A stretch of DNA of 63,804 bases, filler included, from Craspedostauros australis (lineage: Eukaryota), in the NCBI GenBank assembly GCA_030167865.1. It is 4 parts of 4 records of this genome, joined end to end, with 100 filler letters (N's around TTAATTAATTAA, not from the genome) between each part and the next. Parts side by side here need not be neighbours in the genome. Positions count along the whole stretch, not along the records: positions 23,634 to 54,986 come from JALAGF010004480.1; 3 more parts are not named here. One strand, 5' to 3'. Below, piece after piece: positions 23,634-36,224 of the stretch. Made by a program: the position numbers and the translations under genes. The first letter of the stretch is position 1. Every line of letters starts with the position of its first letter. Below the pieces are notes generated by a model. The model saw nothing but the letters and a program-made list of their open reading frames with translations. It was not told the origin of the DNA and made no database searches.

Positions 23634-25612
23634 GTTTCTTGATGCTCCTCGGAGAATGGCTTTGCCTCTTGTGAACAGATTCGAGACGGGAGATGGCGCG
23701 ATCTGGTCTCTGCCTTCAACCTTGTGCCTCTCTGTGTCCTTCACTGCGGCATCATGATCCTTGATCAATCGATCGCGGAACTGTGCGGGAAAGAGAGATG
23801 TGACGATGGCATTCGTTCGGGCAGCTGAATGCATCACGGTCTTCTGCCGGTTCTGAACGAGATAATCATACAGGATGAAGGCTACCGAAGTCACCATGAA
23901 GACCAGGACGACGGCGATGGTGTAAGTCAACGGTGTGCTTGTGATGTACTCAGACTCAAAGTCTTCTGTTGGATATAGACTTATCGAGTAGTGGCATACG
24001 TGCAGATATTCGGTACCTTCCAGGATTGAGAACTTGGCAGACAACTCCAGATGGTCGAATCGGCTGTCGTGATAATCGCCAACCCCGGTATGCATGACTT
24101 CGGGTCCAGAGATGCGGTAGCTGATGGTTTGATCGCACGTGCTCTTGATGACCAGATCGATGGGTCGGACGCCAGCAGGGACGATCTTTTCGAAGTACTT
24201 GTGCCAAGGAATGAAAGAGACGAAGATGGCCACCATCGATGCGTCCTTCTCAAAGGATGAATAGATCGGTTGCACGAGGTAGCTGGCTGGCCATCTCGAT
24301 GGGGATGTACTTGTTGAGTTGGTCCTGCCGATAACTTCGGAAAGTACCGGAGCGTTTGATTTGCGCACCTGATCGTAGACCCTGACAAAGTCATCCCCGA
24401 GACTCAAGAAGTTGAGGTTGATCATGGGTTTGGTTGGTGGGGTGGTCTGCCATGAAACGACGTAATCATCAAACTTCCGTTCTTCTCTGACTGGGGGCAA
24501 TCTCAACGAGTCGGAGAATGAGGCACCTTCGGGCACACGATGGATGAAAGGAGGGATGCCACCCCCGCTTCGACTTGGCCCCGTGGGCCTACCTCCTTGT
24601 TGTGTTGCATTTGCAGCCTGGCTGCCAGTTTGTTCGCTGGTCGACGGAGGTCCACCAGCGGTTCCACCTGCTCCTCCTGTACTGTCGAAACCGGCAGTGA
24701 CCCATGCAGGTGGGCCGCCACCAGCACTGTTATCGGCAGTACCGGAAGTGCCAGTGGGTTGATCTCCACTAGAGTCGCGGCTGCTTGTGCCGGGCGGACC
24801 TCCGGAGGCGCCAGATGGCGAGCCAAACGATGGGTTGAACAGACTGTCGGGAACGGGATCGTTGATCCAACCTTGATTGGCGACGGAATACTCCTCCCAC
24901 TCCTCTCGATCCTCACTCGAGACGATTGGACAGAAGCCGAGGTATAGTGAACCCGACAGCTCGAGCAAATGGAAACCACGGAAGCTGTAGTGTGGGATCG
25001 TGACGAATGGCCAAGTCGCGTTGGTGGAAAGAGCGTACGATGTGATGACGAAGCTCATGGACTCGACCGTGGCGAAGATGGTATGCGCAGATATCACTGA
25101 TGCTTCAACTATCTCCGTGGCGTAGTTTGTGAACTGTTACATGATGATACATGGTATTGTATGATATGGTATATGTGCAATGCGTTGAGGCAGAAGTAGA
25201 GGGCATGGGAATGGAGATGATGAGGACTGAAGTGTAAGTGTATATGAGCATCGAGGCGATGCGATTCAAAGAGAGAGAGAGAGAGAGACAGGGATCAACA
25301 GAGCTTTCATTATATTCCTAAACTCACCTCCGTTTCCATAGAGTCTTGCTCTTCTTGAGACATCACCTTGTAGGTGAAGTATGCCATGATCCCAGTGGCG
25401 ACGGTGAGGACGAAGACCACCAAGAACTTGGAAAGTCGAACTCGGTTGGTTTCCTTCGCGCCAATCGATGTGTAGTGGTCCTCCTTGTCGGCTGTATCGC
25501 CGTGCGACATCTGCTGCACATTTTCTTTCGTCCTCGTTGCGCCCATCTTGGGTCCGATCATCGAGTTGCCAATGTGAGCCGAGCTCGACAATGAGCTGGT
25601 TTCATCCGACAT
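23634..25612 (-). CDS. Receptor-type adenylate/guanylate cyclase family, N-terminal part; exons 25612-25328 and 25133 to gap
   Basis: Architecture TM (FLVVFVLTVATG), sensor region (WPFVT, WI, WQ, PWHKYF, TC, YRISGP, GDYHD), TM, then YD.LV..RQ...AIVTSLFP..FRDRL. Colinear with the paralog at 55087-57345. GTGAGT...CAG intron. The catalytic domain is not in this contig. Confidence 0.88.
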
Positions 25613-26980
25613 GGTCTTGTTGAGGTTGCGACAGCTGTGGTGGCTGCGTTGGTGGTGATTCGCCAACGTCGTCGATGCTGCCCTTGTCAAAGTTAGGCTT
25701 TTGCCGCTGAATGTGCTCTGAAGATGGCGTTGTGCAGATGGATATTGTGCACAGCCGAGCCCCCTTTGTGTTTGTGCTGTCTCTGGAAGTGTGTGCGGAA
25801 GGAGTGTTGGGATTGTGTTCGGAGAGGCCTCCTGGGATGCTCATGCTTGTGCTCATGCTTGTGCGAGGCATGGCAGTGCGTATTCGTCCCCCAGTTGCTC
25901 GTGTGGCATGGCAGATCGTGTCATGCTCCCAGGGCTTTGCACAGGCCTCCCAGCAAGCCGCAGATGGATCGTCCATACCGATGGTGTGTGTTCTGCACGT
26001 GCTTCCTCGTTCGTCTGGTGGATCGTACCCACGCAGAGAGCGTCTTCGCGAGGAGGTGGTGAAGGCCCCACCGGCGTTCCCTCAGTCGCACAGGTTCCTG
26101 TTCGCAAGTAAAGAGAGCATCGATGGCGCCGTCTCGGGCGTCACCCTCGCCTTTGGGTGAGTGTTTCGTCTCCGCCAGGATGCCGCAGTCCCGTTCAATA
26201 CCAAAGAGAACTCTGACAGAAACCGACTGTGCCTTGGGCTTTCCTTGGGTACCGCGAGAAGCTCCAATGTCTGTGGACGTTGTGTCAAAGAAGGGCAAGG
26301 TGCTCTACAGCCCCCTGCTTGCGTTGGTGCCAGGTCCAATTCGCAGCCACGAAGAAGGCAGTTCTTACGAGTGTAGAACGATCTAGCTCGTAGTTGTGCG
26401 ATTAACCATGATTTATGTACCCAAGAGCGCCCCATTGTGCTTCTCCCCTGCACACAAGTTCCAGTGAAGACTGCGACAGGGAACATCTCGTTCCTGTGTT
26501 TCCGAAATTCGTCGTCTCATGGGAGGAACAACAAGATGCCACAGAGGCTTGCGACACCGACGAAGGTGCGGACCGTCCAGGCCACTTCTACCGCTTTGGA
26601 TGTGCAGCCAGCGAGGGCTTGCTTCTCCTTTCCCCACGTCAGGTGTCGAACTCGATTCGCAGCTTTCGGGCTGCCGACACCAACAACAGCTCGAGGTTTT
26701 GTTCAGTCCACATGGGTGTGCTTGTACACGGCCATGTCCTGGTTGTACTGGGCACACACGCAATCAAATTTCTCCAGTTTTGCATTGTTGTGCGCAGCCT
26801 TGTCGAAAGCGTCAGAGGATGGTGGAACACTCAAAGAGAGTGTTTGTACTTCAATGTCATGGTAGCGTCACGAAAATTGCTCTGTTCCGCGAGTGCGTCA
26901 ATTGGTTGTGAACATGAAATCGTATTTCTTTCGTTGCGTGCCGCGCTCGCTTGACTGGGTCGTGGTTGGAATGTTGTGAA

Positions 26981-27221
26981 ACAAGAACAACGAAAGCGCT
27001 CTGAAATGTCGGACATGTTGGTTTTGTGCATTCACAAAGATGCAAACACACACAGGCACCGACAACGCCAAAAGCCAAGGACAAGGCGGCCACAGAATTC
27101 GAAGGCTCCAGCACCTGCTCGATGAGCGTAGACAACCGCTTCTGTGAGGACTCTTCCCCTCGACCGCACACCGCACGACAGTGTCTGAGAGAAGCTTTTT
27201 GCGCTGTTGGACGATGCCATT
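26981..27221. repeat. Dispersed ~240-bp repeat, copy 1
   Basis: Homologous to 36917-37153. The core 27071-27170 is identical to 37003-37102. Confidence 0.93.
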
Positions 27222-28418
27222 TGTCAGGAATCGGGTGTTCTGAAACACCAAATTACCGCACCTCCCAATAGTAGAGAGTCGAATGTCGAGAAACGATACA
27301 TTACCGCAACCCCAACCGTTGGATCTTTGTGACACAAAATGTGAGCTATGCGCGTCCTGCAGTGGAGAACGCCATGTGCCGAATACAAACCGGACCTTGG
27401 CATTCCTGACCTCAATGCAGGAACGCAAATCACACATGCATGTTGCAGGGGGCAGGGATGTTGGAATCATGACCAACATCATGACACATGCGACAACGGC
27501 CCCCATGTTGCAACCAATGAGAAAAGAGTACTCGACACAGACTGATGTCACAAAGAGTGAGATGGCCTGTGAACGGATCACTGATGACAAACCAGCAAAG
27601 GATTGGTGAGGTGATTGGAGAGGTATCGGAGAAGTATCAGAGATGATCGGAGATGTGAGATAATGAGAAGCTGAGGGAGAGCAACCATCCAAGCTATTCA
27701 TGTGAAGGATGGGATACTGTGATTCAATCAAATGGACCAAGCCAAGTGATGCCTGCAACTTGGCAATGTCTATGGCAACAAAACTATTGGTGGAACAACA
27801 ACGTGTTGAGTGCATGAACATGGGGCACTTGGTGGTGCATGCATGTCCATGATGAATTCGTGATGAATTGAAGATGAATGCATGATCGACCAACCAATGG
27901 ACCCATGGAGATCTCAGGAGGAGGTCAAACTTGGAAGTTGAGAGCAATGAAGAGCTCACAGTTCAGAGAAGTAGATGCTAACAAATGATTAGCTTTCTAC
28001 TATCATCACCACCCTGGATTTCCAACACATGCAGTCACACAGTATTGAAGAACGTTGGAAGGAATGGTTTCCCTATTGCTCAACAGGTTGTGGTAACAAT
28101 GCAATGTGTTATGTTGGCTTTTAGTGACAGTTAATTGATGTCCATGTGTACACACGCGCTGTTCCTCCGGCAATCCATTGACGTATCCAGTGAGAATATC
28201 TGTGCATGCTTTTGGAGATGCAGACTCCGCGAGAACAGCTCTTGTGCAGAGGTGATGTCAACATCTAGATCGAAATTTAGGCTAGCATCACGCATGACTG
28301 GAACCTGATTCGACTCGATTGATAGTATGGTCGGATGAGCCTTGATGATGCAAAGGGTGTTCGGGTCCTGCTGTCATCGGAACTGACGTAGGGACTGACA
28401 TCAGAGAATGACATCAGA

Positions 28419-29217
28419 TGTTGGCAAGTTCCGCTCACGGAAACCTACGATCGTGGAAGATGGTGTTGGTTGATAGTCGTCTGTTTGCTATTTCATTAGT
28501 TGGCTACTCTGATCCTCTCGGTGTACGCCCGTTCTCTTGTCCGATGCTCTCGGTGGTTCAATCTGTTTCGTAGATTCAGTCTCCGACTATGAGTCGGTAC
28601 GCGAGATGCTCTCTCGCTCCTCTCTGTATTCTCTCTCTCTTTCTCTCAACATCGTGTGCTCGCGCTACACGATACTCCGTGTTCGATGCGTACTCCGCAT
28701 TCGACACTCCGTTCATTCAGTACTGGCTCCTACTCCATGAGTACTTACCATTTGAAGTTCACCTTCTGTATCCATGATGTTGATCCTCTTCGGTCATCGG
28801 ATCTTCGCCTCCTGCTCTGACTTGGAGACAGATGTCGACGTGGTGATACGATGACATCCTGTTGACGTCAGTAGGCGTCCTTCTGCTCTCCAGATGTCAC
28901 ATTCCATTGGTGATGCAGCAGTCTGTCAGATGATATCGTCATCTGAGGTTTAGTTGGGAAGTACCTCGAGATTCTCTTGGTATCATTGATGGATGGACGG
29001 ACGATATTCTGATTCTCTCAGAAATCGTCGATTGCAAATTTCCTCCAGAAATCTTGCTCATTTTCGTGTGTTCCATTTCCGCTGTAATTCTGACGAATCA
29101 CAGNATACTATNGACACGANTGTAGTTATACCGTCCAAGTGCGTATGAGAGAATAGCGGGTGAACGATGCACATATACTCGTACATCTCGACATATACTC
29201 ACATGTACATCTCGACA
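28419..29217. mobile_element. Putative solo LTR (~800 bp) with 6-bp target-site duplication ATCAGA
   Basis: Begins TGTTGG and ends TCGACA, flanked by ATCAGA at 28413-28418 and 29218-29223. Its last 82 bp recur inverted at 54905-54986 with the same TG/CA boundary. CpG-rich inside CpG-poor surroundings. Confidence 0.65.
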
Positions 29218-29697
29218 ATCAGAGGATCGTCACTGAGATCCGAGGAATCAAGAATAAGTGATAGTCATGGTATGATGACCTGTCTAGTGACACCAGGTGC
29301 ATCAGTGAGCACGTGGTAACAACAAATAGGAAATAGTCTATGATGTCAGAGATGATGCAAGCAATCTACTGACATTGACGGTTGGGATATATGAATCCTA
29401 CAAGATTCCAAGACCAGCCAAGACCAGACAGGATTAGACAAGATGAGACAGAGATGTAGAAAGACCCAAGATGAGAAATAACATGAGTTACTGTGCAAAG
29501 CAGACAACATCCTTGGGCAACAAAGTAGAAAATATGCACGATGTAACATGATGACATCAAGCAGATCAGTAGGAAGACCTGATGATGAATCAGGCAAGAT
29601 AGTAGAAATGGTGCATGAATGCATTGACTTGGGATGAATGAGATCTTGTGCTCACAAATCTCATCAATCATCAATTGAATACAACTAACATTAACAA

Positions 29698-30633
29698 TCA
29701 CAACCACCAAACATAACCAACTTCACCTGACGGATTGATCACCCTGGCAGTGTAGAAAGTGCTGTGTTTGGTGCCCACCTGTATGCAATTGCTGATTATC
29801 AGGTGCATCAGTTTGCTCCCTCCAACACATTTGCGGTACAGATTTGGTGCAATTGTCAGTGGTGGCAGTGCTTGCCCAGCTCGGATAAATTGCACCACCT
29901 CATGCATCTGGCCAGTTGGTGTCACTTGTTTTGGGAGCAACACATCCCAGAGTGCAGAAGCAATTGGCACCCACAGCCGTTTGATGTTGCACCAGACTTG
30001 CTTGTTGTGTTTTCCACCAAGTGTGAATCCCATCTTTGGCATAGAGTCGAACACTTTTGGAGATAGGCCAGACTTGACCAACCCTGCGACGCAGACCAAT
30101 GCATCGCGACGCCATCCTCTCACCGTTTTCTGGATGATTCTGCTGCAGCCTGTTCACTTCTTCCTGTGATGACGGCCATCCACGTAGTCGTCGTCGCTGC
30201 CAACATCAACATGCACGGAAGCGCCTCCAGCGACAGCGTTGGCGTGTCGTGCAGTGCTTGCGCGGGTAGTTGGTTTGGCAGGAGACTCAACGGGATGTGG
30301 CACATTCACACTGACGTCCACCACTGTGATAGCACCGACGCCTTGTCCCACCGTACGCAGTGTGACCGTTGGTGTATCAAAAATGACACATGTGCCAAAG
30401 TTGGAACAAGGTTGCTGTCCACTGGAAGTATTGACTTCACCTCGATCGCGTGCGTGATGTTGGTGGGCTTCCGCAATCCAGCAGACAGCTTGACAGGCAA
30501 CAGCTGCTCATGAGTGGGTGCCAAAGTTGTCATTCGAACCAAAAGGAGATTCGAGAGGGGCAACACAGGAACGAGGCTTCTTACGCGGAGACGGGTTTTC
30601 ACCCTTGATGGAGGCTTTGGCAGGGGATGACAT
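29698..30633 (-). pseudogene. Decayed ORF of unknown function, probably internal to a DNA transposon
   Basis: Track ORFs 30508-30810, 30154-30351 and 29698-30123 share one frame from ATG 30633 (MSSPAKAS...SPRKKPR...DDDYVDGRHHRKK...). It is broken only by TGA codons and lies inward of the terminus-like block at 31080-31292. Confidence 0.5.
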
Positions 30634-30654
30634 GGTGTTGATGGTAGCGAAGGA

Positions 30655-30699
30655 GGTTGATTGATTGATTGATTGATCGATTGATTGATTGATTGATTG
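30655..30699. repeat. (GATT)n microsatellite
   Basis: About 11 near-perfect tetranucleotide units. Confidence 0.9.
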
Positions 30700-31079
30700 A
30701 CGAATTGCACTGTAGAATGCTGAATGAAAGCGAGTGTAGGAGGTGATGCCAAAGGAGGTGTTGGATGCAGCAGCGAAAACAACAACCGCCAATGTCACTA
30801 CTACTCTCACTAATCACACTACAACTGAAGCACAACAGATACAATGAGCATTGCATTGGCGGAGGCACCTTTGGAATGAAGCAAAATGTGACAGGGGTTG
30901 TGTCTGTGTGGCGACGATGTGTGCATGCGTATGTGGCGATGACGTGTGTGATGTCCACAAACGCGAAATGCCAATCCATTCCGGAGCAACTAACGTTGTT
31001 TAACGTGTTCCAAACGAACGAGGAGGAGGGGAAAAGCTGGAGACACGAACGTGAATGGACACCTTCCGTTATTCACTCC

Positions 31080-31292
31080 GAACAGCAAAGAATCTTCTGA
31101 AAAACTACATTGTGGAAGGTTACGTTTGACCCAATCGACTCCAAATATTGGATGGTCCATAAAACTTAAAATGTGGACTTTAAGATTCTGGATATTTTCC
31201 TGTTGCTATGGAGACTATAAGTAGTAGAGACATATGCTTGGTTCTGTTAAAATCGAAGAAAAAGTGCCACTCTACTTTTGGTCCGCTCACTG
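31080..31292. mobile_element. Putative DNA-transposon terminal region, related to 286-518
   Basis: Colinear motifs shared with 286-518. Ends CACTG, reading CAGTGAGCGGACCAA on the minus strand. Confidence 0.4.
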
Positions 31293-31734
31293 ACCCGCGT
31301 CATGTCCAACAATCGCCAAATCGTTTGGCTACACCTGTTTGATAGGCACTGGTGTCATCGGTTCGCCGAGCGAGTGAGCTGCAGTAGTAGTCGTACTCCT
31401 ACCCAGAGCGTATCACCATGGAATAAACATGAATCCGAACAAAATGGCAGCAAGCACACCTACCAAACGTACAAGCACTATTCTGCGGGTGGCCTACATA
31501 CTACGAGCTATGCGGACGGAGGAGATTGGTAATGTGTACGCATGAATGTATGTGGAGGCGCTATAACATGTATCATATCATGGAGTAGATCGTTCATTCT
31601 TCAATCCTCAGACTTCGATGACATCCTTCATCCCATGGTCAAGGATTGTACCACGGTTTGGTGATAGACCAATATCTGCCTTCATTGCTGCTACAGGAGC
31701 TGGATGCACGAGTATCCATACTCATTGAGTGGTC

Positions 31735-34700
31735 TCATTCAGAGCTCTTCGGCGACTTGCTTGATTTGGATGACTTGGGAGACTTCGTCTTGCTCTCCTT
31801 TGATGACTTGTCCGATTTGTATGATTTCGCCCCCTTCGTACTGCGCATGTGAGATGGTTGGGAGGAAGGGAAGGACGACAGCACAGATGACGGTGTGGAC
31901 GACGGCGCAAATGACAACGTGGATGACGGTGCGGATGATGGCGCGGATGACGGTGCAGATGACGGCATCTTCGAGTTACCGTTGCAGAATTCCAGTGAGC
32001 CCATGAAGTACTCGAAGGAATCATCGTAGAGAGGAGGAGGATTATCACCGACAACATCACTCGCCGTTCCCGTAAAGATAGTGAATGGGCAATTGTCGCA
32101 ATCAAGCCAGTCTGGAGGGATGGGAAAGATGGCGTCCGAATATTCATTCCCCGTGCTCGTTCGTGTATCGATGCGGATGGAGATCACGTCGTCGCTTTCG
32201 GACACAGCCAAAGGTTGATCGAATGGAATCACGTCTGTGAATTCACCACCACCTCTGGCCTCAATCGTTCCCGATGCAAGTTCTGTCCAATTCCCGGGTG
32301 CATCCCAAGTACTTGGGCGGTAGAAGATCGTGAAATTTTGGTTCCCCGTCGATGGCAGGACAAGCCTCATGCCTGTGATGTCGACACTATCCAGAATCTG
32401 AATGTCGTGTCGTACTGAAGCGGCCGTGTCATCATAGAAGTCTCTTGGGAGACCTGCTGTTTTTGCATCGCGGCAGGTGTCTGTTGGTGCCTGTGTGGGG
32501 TCTGCGGATGGCTGGGTTGTTGGCGATGCTGTCATAGTGGGGGAAGCAGATCCAGTTGGAGGCAGCTTCGAGTTGCCGTTGCAGAATTCCAGTGAACCCG
32601 TGAAGTACTCAAAGAAATCATCGTAGAGAGGAGGAGGATTATCACCGACAACATCACTCGCCGTTCCCGTAAAGATAGTGAATGGGCAATTGTCACAATC
32701 AATCCAGTCTGGAGGGATGGGAATGATGTTCCTCGAGAAGTCATCCCCTGTGCTCGTTCGTGTATCGATGCGGATGGAGATCACGTCGTCGCTTTCGGAC
32801 ACAGCCAAAGGTTGATCGAATGGAATCACGTCTGTGAATTCACCACCACCTCTGGCCTCAATCGTTCCCGATGCAAGTTCTGTCCAATTCCCGGGTGCAT
32901 CCCAAGTACTTGGGCGGTAGAAGATCGTGAAATTTTGGTTCCCCGTCGATGGCAGGACAAGCCTCATGCCTGTGATGTCGACACTATCCAGAATCTGAAT
33001 GTCGTGTCGTACTGAAGCGGCCGTGTCGTCAAAGAAGTCTCTTGGGAGACCTGCTGTTTTTGCATCGCGGCAGGTGTCTGTTGGTGCCTGTGTGGGGCCT
33101 GCGGATGGCTGGGTTGTTGGCGATGCTGTCATAGTGGGGGAAGCAGATCTAGTTGGCATCTCGGTGATCAGCACCGGGCAGAATTCGAGGATGCCGAAAA
33201 AGACGGGGAAGCGATCGCTGAAATTGGGCGGGTTGTTTCCAACTTCGAGGCTTCCTTGCCCGGTGAATACCTCGAATGGGCAGTCTGGGCACTCGAAAAA
33301 CTCCTCTGGGAACACAAACGGAGATGATGAGCTCAAAGGCCTCAACCTGTCGGCCATGTCAATGCGGAAGGATACAATGTCATTCTCCGCAGACACCGCC
33401 ACGGGCTGATAAAAAATGAGGGAAGGGGAGAAGCCAGACGAGTCCGTTTCTCCGTTGTTTCCTGATGCAATCTGAGTCCAGTCGCCATCGGCATCCCAGG
33501 TGCTTGGACGGAAGAAGATCGTGTATGGCATGTTGGTGAATTCAGCAGCCACGGAGACCTTGATGGCGGTGAATTCGATGCTGTCCAGTATGCGAACATC
33601 GAATCTGAATGACTCAGTGCGCTCAGCTGAGCGAGGTTCGCTGGTCGCCGTGAACTCCCACACGTCGCAAATTCCGGTTGGGACTGATGACAATGATGGT
33701 GCCATGGAAACGGATGGTGCCACACTTGGTGATCGACTGAGATCGACTTTCACGCTCACCGTCGCACACATGGGCGTGGTCGAGTCATCATCGATGTTGG
33801 ATACCGAAATGACAATCCCATCCAGCAAAGACGACTGGGCGTCAATTCTGTACGATGGTTGTGTCATGTCCAAGATGGCCTCCAGATGAGAGAATCGCTT
33901 CTGGGTGGTGCCGTGGTCTTGTGCCCTTGTCACGAGGACCTGATCCCTGCCCAGTGGAGAATCGGCGTTGAAGCCGATGGCTCTGTTGAAGGCGATGTAG
34001 TAGTTCANTTCACTCTCAGGATCGTCAATTCGGATGATGACGTCGAAGCTGGTGTCAGCGGGGTCATAATCGACCACTCCGCAGAGCCTTCCCTCGAAGT
34101 CGATGTCTTGACCTCCGGTGAGCAATGCGGTCTGATCGGAGTACCACCCCATCACCCAGCTCTTGGCACCTATGTGTGGTGGAGGGGCAGGCACATGAGT
34201 AATGGTATTGAAGGGGTGGGTTTGCAGCATGAGCATGAGGGTGTGAAATGATTTGACGCGGACGTAAAGAACGAAACGATGGAGAAGAGAATGGTTGGTG
34301 AGGCAGTGTGCGTAGAGTGTCGCATCGCATCGCATCGTAAGTGATGAGGTGACAAGACTCCTCCTGCAACGGAATCATCTGAACCCTGGCTCTCCGCAAG
34401 GCGATGGCGCCGTAGCACTTACCGTTGTACCCTCTCTTATTGATCAGAGTTTCATTTCCGAATGGACCAAAAACTGCTCCGCCCATCGCGCCGCTGCGGA
34501 ATAATAGTCGATGTTGGGGTTGGAATCCATTGGTTGGAAAACGTCAACAACGAGGAAGAGGATACACGAAGACTGGTTAGAGGGCTTCGAACGATAAACA
34601 GGTTTCCTTTCATGCGATGAGGACCAGAACATGGCAGACGCGTCCAATGTGATCTCTCCGGAGTTTGATTGTGTTCGTTCTTGTGTCCGATCGTCCATCC

Positions 34701-36224
34701 GCCCACAAAGATTGATGCAGAATGTCACAGATCGCCTCCAACCTCTCTCTCTCTGTCTCTGCTGGCGCATTGACTGTGCTTACCTGGAATCTCCGAACTC
34801 CAACCCGTACTGATTGGAATGGCCAAACCCAAAGTTGTGACCGAGTTCGTGGATGATGAGGTCTGTGTTAGCTGCCCAGTGCGTGCCTGGATAGTTTCTG
34901 ATGCTGTTGTACATGCTGATCTTTTGGTCGACATAAGAGTACGCTGTGAATCAGTGGTGTGTCGGTTACATCGGTGCGCGCGTTGATAATCGGGAGAGTT
35001 TGATTCGCAAGGAAGAAAGACGGCAGTACACGATGGAGTGAGATGAGTTGGATAGGAGTATGAGCACGGGTGGAGCTCGTCATGATACCAGTGCGTAATG
35101 TTGAGAAGGAAGATACGAGTTGTGTGGTCCTTGTCGGCACTTACAGGTCCAATCAGTTCCAAGGAAGGTCTCCAACCCGAACGGAACAATGATCAAGAAG
35201 AAATCAAAGTCGTCATAGATCTTGACCTCCTGCATCAGATATTGCGAGATGAGATTATCAACGGTTGTTGCCCGGAGAGTGGTGGGATCAACATCAGGTG
35301 AAAACCCAACTGTCAAGATTCCATCATCTGTCCCATTCGTCGGCATGGTGGAGAGCCTCAGCTTGTCAAAAGACATGGCCGCGAACTGGTCGGTGAAGTT
35401 GGGCTGAGCGCCGAAGATCTCGTCTTTGATGAGGGATTTGGGAACTGTGTAGTTTGTTTGGAAGACGACCTGGATGAGGAGGAACTTCTTGTCGCCAGAA
35501 CCACGGATATCAGGAGTGGTCAGAGAACGACCATGTCCATGTCCATGCCCATCGCTTTGTTTGCTTGATTGATGATGCTCGATCGTCATGCCATCGACGG
35601 TCTTCAAGTCCGGCAGCTTCAAGGAGAAGTCGGTGATATTGATGATGACATTATCCAGAAACAACGTAGACTTGGAAGAGGAAGTTGGCCATGCATTGTT
35701 GTCGGCGGCCCATTCCGGCGTCAGCCCTTCGATGGTCATATGCACAGGCCCATGTTCTTCCTCATCGGAGCCTTGGAGCATGCATGAGAAGTCAGTTGCA
35801 TCCCTTCCGTCGGCAGCGTCAATGATACGTGCCGAGACGAGGCACGGCTCCTGTAGGGTGCTGCGTTCGTTCGAGGCAGCGTCATGCGTCTGAATTGAGT
35901 TCGATTCAGTTGTTGGTTGTGTGGTGAAGGACGTGACGTGACGTAATGCGTTGTGATGTATTGCATAATACAAGGTGCAGAATCATGGTTGAGTTGAGGA
36001 TGGGATCATTGAATTGGATGCACGTACGCGTATGTCTGTGGATGCGGATGCGGCAAGGCGAGAATTCCAGCAAAGAAGGAACCCCCACGCGTCGAGACAA
36101 CAGTGACAGGTGCCATCTTGCTCGTACTCACCGTCAACTTTGGCACCGGGGATGCCACTGCCGTAGCGGCAAGCGCCACAAGCACCAGAGCAGCAAGGAT
36201 TCGTTGGTGGAAGTGAGAATGCAT
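31735..36224 (-). CDS. Secreted M11 (gametolysin-like) zinc metalloprotease with three repeated domains and a KxxK tail; exons 36224-36132, 35889-35145, 34943-34784, 34493-34423, 34169-31735 (~1167 aa)
   Basis: Four GT-AG introns give a frame-consistent CDS of 3504 nt. Signal peptide, HELGHNFGFGH (34851-34819), Met-turn FGDSSGAMG, GYNGAKSWVMGWY and YIAFNRAIGFN. P/T/S linkers separate the C-terminal domains. Confidence 0.9.
31969..33149. repeat. Intragenic tandem duplication, 597-bp period (199 aa)
   Basis: 31969-32552 and 32566-33149 are near-identical. A diverged third copy lies at ~33175-33672. Confidence 0.95.

Noticed and set aside
27118..27188. Possible C/D-box snoRNA (GATGA...CTGA) in the dispersed repeat
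   Set aside because: The C box is imperfect and the D box is absent in the second copy (TGTCAGA).
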